This document shows positions 7,789-15,596 of a stretch of 24,236 nt of DNA, piece after piece. This stretch comes from Sandaracinaceae bacterium (lineage in GTDB: Bacteria; Myxococcota_A; Polyangia; Polyangiales; Sandaracinaceae): assembly GCA_044220955.1 (NCBI GenBank), contig JBGAQA010000095.1, positions 1-24,236 on the forward strand, given 5' to 3'. Made by a program: the position numbers and the translations under genes. The notes under the pieces are model-generated. The model made no database searches. It was given only the letters and a program-made list of their open reading frames with translations, and was not told where the DNA came from. Position 1 is the stretch's first letter; the number at the start of each line of letters is the position of its first letter.

Positions 7789-9753
7789 TCACTCGCTCGG
7801 CGGGACGGCGGCGCCCTGCCACGCCTCCGAGGCGGGGAACGCACGCTCGTCGACGACCACGGACAAGATCATCTCGAAGCGAAGTCCGCGGATCGCCGAA
7901 GACGGAACCCGGAACCGCACGCGACGCGGCGCGCTTCCCTGCACGATCTGACCCTGCACCGCGCGCACCTCGGTGTCGGGCGTGGCCGCGTCGGCGCGGA
8001 TGCGCAGCAAGTAGTGCTCGTGCGCGAGCGGCGCTCGGTCGAGCGTCGCCTCCACGACGAGGTCGCGCTCGTCGTAGCCGATGACACCCCCCGACAGCCG
8101 TGGGATCGCGTCGATGCGCGCGCGCTCGGCAGCCGCGGTCTCGGACATCAGCGCGTCCCATGCCGCCCCGACGTGCTCGTAGTCGCACCCGATCGTCCCG
8201 AGCACGTGGCGGAAGAGGACGTCGTGCTGGGCGTCCTGCGGCAGGTCGTCGCGCGTGAAGGCCCGCACCACGTCGCCGTAGGCGCGGGGGCCACATGCGC
8301 GCGCGAGGGCCTCGCCGAGCGTCTCGCCCAGCGGATACGCGAGCGCGGTGTCCCAGCGTTCGACGAAGCGCGTGTTGTCGACGAGGTCGTCGAAGCGCAC
8401 TTGCTGACGCTCCCAGCTCGTGACCGCCACCAGCCGCGACGCCGCGCGAAGCTCGCGTTCCTGCGCGAGCTCGTCCTCGGTCATGACCGAGCTCGTCCCC
8501 GTACACGCCTCGAACGCCAGCCACTCGGCGCCGCCCTCGACGAAGAAGCGCGTCGTGTCGCCGTTCTCCATGAGGCGCAGGCCGCTGACCGTGCCCTGCA
8601 GCACGTGCGCGCTCTCGTGCGCGAGCACGTGGACCAAGCGCCAGCCGTCCTGGTCGGTGAGGCCCATGCGGATACGGGCGCCCGCGGTGATGCCCTCGTG
8701 GTGCTGGCTCACCTCCGCGAGGTCGACCGTCACCGCGGGCACGCGGGTCTCTCCGACCTCGTGGGTCAGAGCCTCGAGCACGCGATCCGATCGCGTCACG
8801 AGCTGCATCGCGCTCTCGTGGAGGTTGTCGGGGTAGACGAAGACGTAGTGCGCCGTGCGCGCCTCGGAGGTCTGGAACGTCACCCCCTCGGCCTCGCGCG
8901 CGACACGCGGATCCTCCGGCGGCGTCGAGCCGTACTCGCTCACCGCCCAGAACCCCATCACGAAGAAGCCGACGAACGCGAGGAACGCCGTCGCACAGCC
9001 GAAGCCGACGGTGAACAGGGTCGAGCGACGCGCGAAGAGCCCGCGCAGGCCGTCCATCGAGCCCATCCAGAGGACGTATCCGAGCATCGCAGCGAGCCCG
9101 CCGACGCCGAGATGGAACGCCGCGTCGACCCAGGGGACCTCGAGGCGCGCGCCGACGTACTCGCAGCGCGCGATGCGCAGTGGGTCGAGCCACGCCAGCT
9201 CGGGAGCGATCTCGGTCAGGACCACCAGGACGTACGCCAGCATCGCGTAGGGCAAGAGGCCGAAGCGCCGGAAGAACGACGCCAAGAGGCCGTGGCCGTA
9301 CATGACCGTCGCGACCAGACCGTGCAGCAGCACGGCGGTGGACGCGAGGCGCAGATCGAGCTGTGAGCCCTCGAAGCTCGAAGGATTCCAGGCGACGATG
9401 AGCGCGTTGGTGATCTGGCCCAGCGCGCACGTGAGCCAGAGCATCGTGAGCCCGGCGAGGCTCTTGGCGAGGTAGATGCCGCGGCGCGTGATCGGCAGGG
9501 CGTAGAGCAGCTCGATCGTGCCCTCGTCGTGCTCCCGCGGGAGCGACGCGTAGGCCATCATGAACGAGAGGATCGACAGGATGAACGCGAGGAAGGTGCC
9601 CTCGCCTGCCGCGATCCCGGCCACGTCCGAGAAGGCGTCCTCGTCGAGGCGCTCCGTGAGCGGGCGTCCGATCAGGTCCCCGCTCACGAGGAACGCCGAG
9701 AGCGCGAACATCGGCAGGAGCGAGCGCAGCTCCTTGCGATAGAGGGCGATCAC
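7789..9753 (-). CDS. ABC-2 type permease fused to an extracellular gluzincin (peptidase MA-like) domain, 654 aa
   Basis: IALYRKELRS start and REHDEGTIELLYALPITRRGIYLAK (ABC-2 permease motif), multiple TM segments, then HVLAHESAHVLQ...RFFVEGGAEW. GTG 9753 overlaps the upstream stop. Confidence 0.85.
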   Translation of the reverse strand: MIALYRKELRSLLPMFALSAFLVSGDLIGRPLTERLDEDAFSDVAGIAAGEGTFLAFILSILSFMMAYASLPREHDEGTIELLYALPITRRGIYLAKSLAGLTMLWLTCALGQITNALIVAWNPSSFEGSQLDLRLASTAVLLHGLVATVMYGHGLLASFFRRFGLLPYAMLAYVLVVLTEIAPELAWLDPLRIARCEYVGARLEVPWVDAAFHLGVGGLAAMLGYVLWMGSMDGLRGLFARRSTLFTVGFGCATAFLAFVGFFVMGFWAVSEYGSTPPEDPRVAREAEGVTFQTSEARTAHYVFVYPDNLHESAMQLVTRSDRVLEALTHEVGETRVPAVTVDLAEVSQHHEGITAGARIRMGLTDQDGWRLVHVLAHESAHVLQGTVSGLRLMENGDTTRFFVEGGAEWLAFEACTGTSSVMTEDELAQERELRAASRLVAVTSWERQQVRFDDLVDNTRFVERWDTALAYPLGETLGEALARACGPRAYGDVVRAFTRDDLPQDAQHDVLFRHVLGTIGCDYEHVGAAWDALMSETAAAERARIDAIPRLSGGVIGYDERDLVVEATLDRAPLAHEHYLLRIRADAATPDTEVRAVQGQIVQGSAPRRVRFRVPSSAIRGLRFEMILSVVVDERAFPASEAWQGAAVPPSE

Positions 9754-11660
9754 GTGCCGTCCCCCGCCCTCAACGTCAGACGCTCGGCGGCGAGGCGCAT
9801 CGGTGCGTCGAGCGCCGTTCCCTCGAGGTCCACACGCACCAGCACGCGGTCGCCCGTCGTGTAGCGGCCGGTGAGGCGCACCTCGGCGTGTCCGTCGTCC
9901 GGAACGGCGATCGTCTCGCGCGGCAGCGCGTAGTCCTCCACGACCCGGTCGAAGGGGCCGATGGCGAGGTGCCGGACGCAGAGCGTGAGGTCGGACGCGT
10001 GCGGGGACACCGTGGCACGCACGACGACGGAGACGATCCCGCTCGCATCCCGCTCGACGCGCACGTCGGCGCTCGCACCCGGCAGCGACGCCATGATCTG
10101 CACCACGTCGGGCCGCGCGCGCAGGGCGCGGAGCGTCTCGCTCCAGGCGCGCGTGAGCGCGGGCGGATCGAGCGCCGTGGCGGCCGCGATCTGTGCGCGT
10201 AGGGGGTGCAGCCGCTCTTCGATCGTGGCGCGGACGTCCTCGGTCGGGCTGTTCGGAAACGTCGTGCGCGCGACGAGCGCGACTCCCCCGGGCCGTGCGC
10301 GCTCGATCGCCATCACGCCCGTCGCCGCGAGCGAGGCGGCCACGGTGTCGCCGAGCTCTTCTCGGACGCGGTCGAAGTGCTCGATGCGAGACGGGTCGGG
10401 GCCGCGGGAGCGCGTGGCCCACGCCGCTTGTGCAAGACGCGTCGCGGGGAGCCGGCCCTCGTCGTAGGCCCAGTAGGTCGCGAGTCCGTCCCGCCACCAG
10501 CGGCGCGGCTCGAGGCGCGCGCGCCGCCGCGTGCGGGCGTCGAGCATCCCGCCGATCACCGCGGAAGAGATCGTGTCGAGGTCCGGGTGCGCCGAGGAGA
10601 GGAAGTTCGCGCGCACGAGCATGCCGTCGGCGTGCGAGAGCGTGACGGGCTCGACGAGTCCCCGGCTCAGCGTGCGGCGGAGCACGACGCGCATCTGCGG
10701 CAGCGCGGACACCTGCATGGCCTCGCGGAGCGTGCCCACGTCGTGCTCGAGGTTCGCGAGCAGGAGGCGCGCGTCCGGCTCTGCCGCGCGATCGCCGAAG
10801 CCGATCGCGATCGGCAGCGCGCTCGAGCGGACCACTTCGCCGCTCATCACGTAGGGCAGCGGCTCGGCCTCGCGCTCGAACGCGCCCCAGAGGGTGAGCA
10901 GCGCCATGAACGCGATCCCGACCATCGCGAGGTCGCGCTGCGACATGGGCTTGGACAGCCGCTCTTGCACGGAGCCCTCGCGGATGGTGCTGATCGCTCC
11001 GCCCAGCGCGAGGAAGCCGACGCCGAGGCCCGCCGAGACGGCCAGCTCGCTCCACGGCCACACGCCGCGCGACGTCGACATCTCGGGGCCGACGAGCGCG
11101 AAGGGCCCGAAGTGAAGCAGCTCGAGCTGTGTCGTCGCGCTCACGAGGATGAGGCCGAGCGCCATCAGCACGTAGAGCGGCACGCGGGCCTTGCCGAAGA
11201 GGCCCATCGTGAAGAAGAGGCACCAGCCGAAGAAGACGTAGACGAAGGTGCGAGCGCCGAGGATCGCGAGGAAGGTCCCGTCGAAGGGCTCGTTGCTGAG
11301 CGCGAACAGCTCCGTGCCGGCGAGCGAGACGAGCGCGATGCCCTCGAGAACGGCGAGGCCCATCGCGAACTTCACGAGCAGCGGCTCGAAGCGCCGCAGC
11401 GGCAGGCTCTCCACGAAGCGCTGCGTGCGTCCGTGCAGCTCGGCCACGACGAGCCGGTTGCCCATCGCGAGCCCAGCGAGCGGCAGCACCCAGCGGCAGA
11501 AGCTCACGTGCGCCTCGAGGTAGGTCACCGTCGTCGGCGCAGCGAGCACCGCGAGCGCGAAGATGGCCCAGCCGAAGGGCAGCGTGGCCGCGAGGACCAG
11601 CACCACGAGGAAGTGCTCGCGCACCTCTTTCCAGGTCAGCGCGAGGAGGCGACGCGTCAT
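9750..11660 (-). CDS. ABC-2 type permease with large C-terminal extracellular domain (degenerate peptidase-like), 636 aa
   Basis: LLALTWKEVREH and AELHGRTQRFVESLPLRRFEPLLVK (ABC-2 motif), many TM segments. ATG 11660 overlaps the ATPase stop (ATGA). Confidence 0.82.
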   Translation of the reverse strand: MTRRLLALTWKEVREHFLVVLVLAATLPFGWAIFALAVLAAPTTVTYLEAHVSFCRWVLPLAGLAMGNRLVVAELHGRTQRFVESLPLRRFEPLLVKFAMGLAVLEGIALVSLAGTELFALSNEPFDGTFLAILGARTFVYVFFGWCLFFTMGLFGKARVPLYVLMALGLILVSATTQLELLHFGPFALVGPEMSTSRGVWPWSELAVSAGLGVGFLALGGAISTIREGSVQERLSKPMSQRDLAMVGIAFMALLTLWGAFEREAEPLPYVMSGEVVRSSALPIAIGFGDRAAEPDARLLLANLEHDVGTLREAMQVSALPQMRVVLRRTLSRGLVEPVTLSHADGMLVRANFLSSAHPDLDTISSAVIGGMLDARTRRRARLEPRRWWRDGLATYWAYDEGRLPATRLAQAAWATRSRGPDPSRIEHFDRVREELGDTVAASLAATGVMAIERARPGGVALVARTTFPNSPTEDVRATIEERLHPLRAQIAAATALDPPALTRAWSETLRALRARPDVVQIMASLPGASADVRVERDASGIVSVVVRATVSPHASDLTLCVRHLAIGPFDRVVEDYALPRETIAVPDDGHAEVRLTGRYTTGDRVLVRVDLEGTALDAPMRLAAERLTLRAGDGT

Positions 11661-12616
11661 CCCCGCCCGTCGCGCCGCGCCATCGCGATGAAGATCTCCT
11701 CGAGCGGAAGCTGCGTCACGGTGAAGCCGAGCTCCGGCTCGGCCGCGAGCTGGTCGAGGCGCTCGGGATCGGAGGTCTCCACGAAGAAGCGCGCGGCGTG
11801 GGCGCCCGTCTCCGCGTCGCGCTCGCCCTCCTCGACGCGCAGCACGACGAAGCCGTTGTCGACGAGCCACGCGCGCACCGCGTCGGGGGGTTCGTCGGCC
11901 GCGAGCAGGCGTGTCACGAGCCGGACCCGCGCGCCGAGCGCGGGGATCGTCCCCTCGAAGCGCATGCGGCCGTCGTCGACGATGCCGACGCGGTGGGCGA
12001 CGAGCTCCACCTCGTCGACGAGGTGCGACGAGAAGAACGTCGTGTGCCCGCTGGAGCGCTGCTCGGCGCGCACCAGCTCGAGGAATTCGCGACGCGCCAC
12101 CGGATCGAGCCCCGCGGTCGGCTCGTCGAGGAGCAAGAGCGGCGGCCGGTGAGCGAGCGCGATCGAGAGCGCGGTCTTCACCCGCATGCCGCCCGAGAAC
12201 GTCCCGATCTTGCGGTCGGTCGGCAGATCGAGGCGCTTGATCAGCCGCGCGAACTCGGCGTCGTCCCAGGTCGGGAAGAACGCGCGCACGAAGCCAGCGA
12301 GGTCGCGAGGCGTCATCCACGGATAGAAGCTCTGCTCCTGCGCGACGTAGCCGATGCGCTGGCGCGCGCGCACGAGGTCGCGCCCGACCGGCTCGCCGAA
12401 GAGCTGGATGCTGCCCGCGCTCGCCTCGGTGATCGCCATGAGGATCCGGATCGTGGTGGACTTGCCGGCGCCGTTGCGACCGAGGAATCCGTAGACCTCG
12501 CCCTCGAAGACGGTGAGGTCGAGCCCGTCGAGCGCCAGCACGCCGCCGCCGTACTGCTTCCTCAGCCCCCGGACCTCGAGGACGGCCTTCCGCGGCGCGG
12601 GCGCGACGTCTTCCAT
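11657..12616 (-). CDS. ABC transporter ATP-binding protein (DrrA/ABC-2 exporter type)
   Basis: Walker A GRNGAGKST, signature FSGGM, Walker B LLLLDEP, H-loop SSH. Confidence 0.96.
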   Translation of the reverse strand: MEDVAPAPRKAVLEVRGLRKQYGGGVLALDGLDLTVFEGEVYGFLGRNGAGKSTTIRILMAITEASAGSIQLFGEPVGRDLVRARQRIGYVAQEQSFYPWMTPRDLAGFVRAFFPTWDDAEFARLIKRLDLPTDRKIGTFSGGMRVKTALSIALAHRPPLLLLDEPTAGLDPVARREFLELVRAEQRSSGHTTFFSSHLVDEVELVAHRVGIVDDGRMRFEGTIPALGARVRLVTRLLAADEPPDAVRAWLVDNGFVVLRVEEGERDAETGAHAARFFVETSDPERLDQLAAEPELGFTVTQLPLEEIFIAMARRDGRG

Positions 12617-12697
12617 GGCGCGCGATGTTACACAGCGGCGCGCGCGCGTCGATCGTCACGTGGACGGGGCTTCTCGGGCCCTATAGTGGGGGTCGAG

Positions 12698-14107
12698 ATG
12701 CTGCGGAGCCTCCCGCTGCGGGTGTTCGTGCTGATGTGCATCGCGATCGCCCTCGTGATCGGCGCGACGTGGCTCTACCTCGATGCGGCGCACGCGGAGC
12801 GCGCGGCTGGGGTCCTCGAGGGCGCCGCCGTGCTCGCGGTGCTCTTCGCGGCAGGCATCGCGGTGCTGCTCTCGCGCTGGGTCAGCTCGCCCCTCGGCGA
12901 GATGGCGGGTTCGGCCGATCGCCTGGCGTCCGGCGATCTCTCGGTGCGCACGCGCGCCCGGCGCGACGACGAGATCGGGGCGCTCGGGCGCGCGCTCGAC
13001 CGCATGGCCGACCAGCTCGAGGATCGCTTCGCCCGGGTCCGCGAGGAAGAGGCGCGCCTGCGCGCGATGCTGGACGCGATGGTCGAGGCCGTGCTCGTCG
13101 CCGATCGGGAGGGCCGCGTCGTCCTCTCGAACGCGGCGTTCAACAAGCTGGCCGAGGCCGATCCGATCGGACGCCGGGTGATCGAGGCGCTGCGCAGCCC
13201 GGAGCTGCACGAGGCCGTCGAGCGCGCGATCGCCGGCCAGGGCGGCCGTGTCCAGGTGGAGCTGGCGACCTCGCGCGTTCCTCGCACGCTGCGCGCCACG
13301 GTGTCGCCCTTGGCCGAGACGCGCGGCGCGATCGCCGTGCTGCACGACGTGACCGAGCTCGAGCGCGCGAACTCCATCCGCCGCGACTTCGTCGCCAACG
13401 CGAGCCACGAGCTGCGGACGCCGCTGACCTCGATTCGAGGCTTCGCCGAGACACTGCAGGGCGGCGCGCTCGACGACCCGAAGATCGCACGACGCTTCGT
13501 GTCGAGCATCGTCGAGAACTCCGTGCGTCTCTCGCGGCTCGTCGACGATCTGCTCGAGCTCTCGCGCTCCGAGTCGCCGAACGTCGACTACGAGCTCGAG
13601 CCGGTCTCCATCGGCGAGGTCGCGGCGAAGGTGCTTCGATCGCTGGAGTCGCAGGCGCTCGACAAGAAGATCACGCTCGTCCTCGAGCAGCCGGACGGCG
13701 AGGTCTGGGCGCGGGCCGAGCTGCGCGCTCTCGAGCACGTCGTGGTCAACCTCGTGGACAACGGAATCAAGTACACGCCCGCGGGCGGCCGCGTCGTGGC
13801 GCGCGCATCGAAGCAGGGCGGGAGCGCGGTGCTCGAGGTCGAGGACACCGGGCAGGGCATCGGGGCCGAGCACCTGCCGCGCATCTTCGAGCGCTTCTAT
13901 CGCGTCGACCCCGGACGCGCGCGGGAGCAAGGCGGCTCCGGCCTCGGCCTCGCGATCGTGAAGCACCTCGTGCTGAAGATGGGCGGCGAGATCAGCGTGC
14001 GGAGCCGCATGCGCGAGGGCACGACGTTCCGAGTGGAGCTCCCGCAGGTGGTCCCCGAGGCCGATGGAGACGAGGGGTCGGACGCGCTACCCTCCTCGCG
14101 GGGTTGA
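12698..14107 (+). CDS. PhoR-like sensor histidine kinase (2 TM, HAMP, PAS, HisKA, HATPase)
   Basis: HAMP DEIGALGRALDRMA, H-box DFVANASHELRTPLT, NLVDNGIKYT, DTGQGI, IFERFYRVD, GSGLGLAIVKH. ATG 12698 lies 10 nt after TATAGT. Confidence 0.93.
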   Translation: MLRSLPLRVFVLMCIAIALVIGATWLYLDAAHAERAAGVLEGAAVLAVLFAAGIAVLLSRWVSSPLGEMAGSADRLASGDLSVRTRARRDDEIGALGRALDRMADQLEDRFARVREEEARLRAMLDAMVEAVLVADREGRVVLSNAAFNKLAEADPIGRRVIEALRSPELHEAVERAIAGQGGRVQVELATSRVPRTLRATVSPLAETRGAIAVLHDVTELERANSIRRDFVANASHELRTPLTSIRGFAETLQGGALDDPKIARRFVSSIVENSVRLSRLVDDLLELSRSESPNVDYELEPVSIGEVAAKVLRSLESQALDKKITLVLEQPDGEVWARAELRALEHVVVNLVDNGIKYTPAGGRVVARASKQGGSAVLEVEDTGQGIGAEHLPRIFERFYRVDPGRAREQGGSGLGLAIVKHLVLKMGGEISVRSRMREGTTFRVELPQVVPEADGDEGSDALPSSRG

Positions 14108-14706
14108 TGGGCGCGCGCGAGACGGCGGAGATCGACGCGGCGCTGCCGAGCGTCACGGCGTACGTGCGCGGCCTGCCCGCGGGCTGGTCGTCTTATCCGG
14201 AGTGCGCCGCACGCGGCAGGCTCCTGGGGTCACTGGCGGTCACGGGCGCGCTCGACGGGCTCGAGGGCCTGCCGGACGCGCTCGCGCGCCACCTCCCGAC
14301 GCTCTCGGCCGGGTGGATCCCCGAGGTGGTGCACGTCGGGCTGATGCTCGCGGTTCGCGATCGCCGCTTCGCCGGCGCGGGCGGAGAGGACGCCTTTCTC
14401 GCGTGGTTGCACCGCCTGAACGGCGCGGTGATGCCGGAGCGCAGCGACCCACGCGCGGCCGTCCTGGAGCTCCCGACGATCTGGTCGAGCCTGCACACTG
14501 GCACCGTCCTCGAGGTCCGCGAGGCGAGCGAGAGCTCCGCGCTCCTCGCGGCACGACACCCCGAGCCGCTCTTTCCTGCGCTGGCGAGCCGCTGGCGCTG
14601 CGACGCCATCGCGGGGCTCCTCGTCCGCAGCGGCGCCGTGCAGCCGCGCGTGACGCAGCACCCCTACGCCGGTGGCGAGACGCTCCTCGCGATCACGTGG
14701 ACGTGA
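14107..14706 (+). CDS. Hypothetical protein, 199 aa
   Basis: ATG overlaps the kinase stop (TGATG). Protein-like composition: LPSVTAYVRGLPAGWSSYPEC...WIPEV...LPTIWSSLHTGT. Confidence 0.7.
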   Translation: MGARETAEIDAALPSVTAYVRGLPAGWSSYPECAARGRLLGSLAVTGALDGLEGLPDALARHLPTLSAGWIPEVVHVGLMLAVRDRRFAGAGGEDAFLAWLHRLNGAVMPERSDPRAAVLELPTIWSSLHTGTVLEVREASESSALLAARHPEPLFPALASRWRCDAIAGLLVRSGAVQPRVTQHPYAGGETLLAITWT

Positions 14707-15271
14707 GCGCCTGGGGCGCGCGCGCGCACGAGCAGTCGAGGCACCCGTGCTCGGCGCAGGTTCCGCACGCGCGCGCGACCTGCTCCCGGAGCGCCTTGCG
14801 CGCGCGAAAGAGGCGCACGCCGGCGTTGCTCGCCGAGATGCCGACCGCCTCCGCGTAGTCCTTCACGGCGACGCCGTCGATCTCCACGCGACGCAGCACG
14901 TCCGCGTACTCCGGCTTGAGGGTCGCCGCGAGGTCGGTCACGCAGCGACACGCGACGCGCGTCCACTCCTGGTCGTCTTCCGCATCGGCCATCTCGGCGG
15001 CCAGCTCTTCGAGACGGCGCTCGCTCACGGCGTGACGTCGCTGGTGGTCGATCACGGCGTTGCGGAGCACGCGATAGAACCACCCGAGCACCGACTCTCG
15101 GATGTCGTCGGCATGGTCGAGGCTGCGGACGAAGGCCTCCTGCACGATCTCCTCGGCCGCGGCGCGACTGCCGATCCTCCTCTCCACATAGCGGAGGAAG
15201 TCACGGTGGTTCGCGACGAACGTCTCGAGCACGGCCTTCGACGGGCTCTGGCCCGGGTCTTCTCGGCTCAC
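14693..15271 (-). CDS. CorE-like ECF sigma factor with linker CxC and C-terminal Cys-rich domain, 192 aa
   Basis: Sigma2 region FLRYVERRIGSRAAAEEIVQEAF...WFYRVLRNAVIDHQRR, linker CRC, sigma4 HTH LKPEYADVL...YAEAVGISASNAGVRLFRARKAL, C-terminal CGTCAEHGCLDCSC. GGAGG precedes GTG 15271. Confidence 0.9.
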   Translation of the reverse strand: MSREDPGQSPSKAVLETFVANHRDFLRYVERRIGSRAAAEEIVQEAFVRSLDHADDIRESVLGWFYRVLRNAVIDHQRRHAVSERRLEELAAEMADAEDDQEWTRVACRCVTDLAATLKPEYADVLRRVEIDGVAVKDYAEAVGISASNAGVRLFRARKALREQVARACGTCAEHGCLDCSCARAPQALTST

Positions 15272-15290
15272 GTCGTCCTCCGCTCTCTGC

Positions 15291-15329
15291 GCGAGCGGGG
15301 GGCTCGACCCTTCGGCCGCGCCCCCTCGC
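15291..15329 (-). terminator. GC-rich imperfect hairpin between the Cys-rich peptide and the sigma gene
   Basis: GCGAG(C)GGGGGGCTCGACC-CTTC-GGCCGCGCCCCCTCGC can pair as a long stem. No U tract, so its role is uncertain. Confidence 0.4.
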
Positions 15330-15347
15330 CCGGGCACCACATGACTC

Positions 15348-15515
15348 CTACTTCCTGGTCGCGCAGGCGCAACCGCCGCCGCAGCGGCAGGTCTGCTCGC
15401 ACCTGCAGCTCTCGCCGCAGGTGCATCGCTCGGCCGCCGCGGCGCACCCGCAGCTCGTCTGTGCGCATCGACAGCCACTCGGGCTCGGGCTCGGGCTCTG
15501 CTTCTCGTTGCTCAT
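15348..15515 (-). CDS. Metallothionein-like Cys-rich peptide, 55 aa
   Basis: Manual translation: MSNEKQSPSPSPSGCRCAQTSCGCAAAAERCTCGESCRCEQTCRCGGGCACATRK*. It has 12 Cys in six CxC pairs and no aromatic residues or His. Strong RBS (GAGGAG) precedes the ATG. Below the ORF-track length cutoff. Confidence 0.85.
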   Translation of the reverse strand: MSNEKQSPSPSPSGCRCAQTSCGCAAAAERCTCGESCRCEQTCRCGGGCACATRK

Positions 15516-15564
15516 CGCTTCTCTCCTCGTGAGAGGTCGCGCTCACTCGCGCGCCCTCACCCTC

Positions 15565-15592
15565 ACGACGCAGCGCCCGGCGCTTCATTACA
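15565..15592 (-). promoter_or_regulatory. Putative ECF-sigma promoter TGTAAT-N16-CGTC
   Basis: Minus strand reads TGTAAT gaagcgccgggcgctg CGTCGT just after the oxidase stop and about 50 nt upstream of the peptide ATG. CGT(C) is a common ECF -10 element. Confidence 0.6.
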
Positions 15593-15596
15593 CCGC

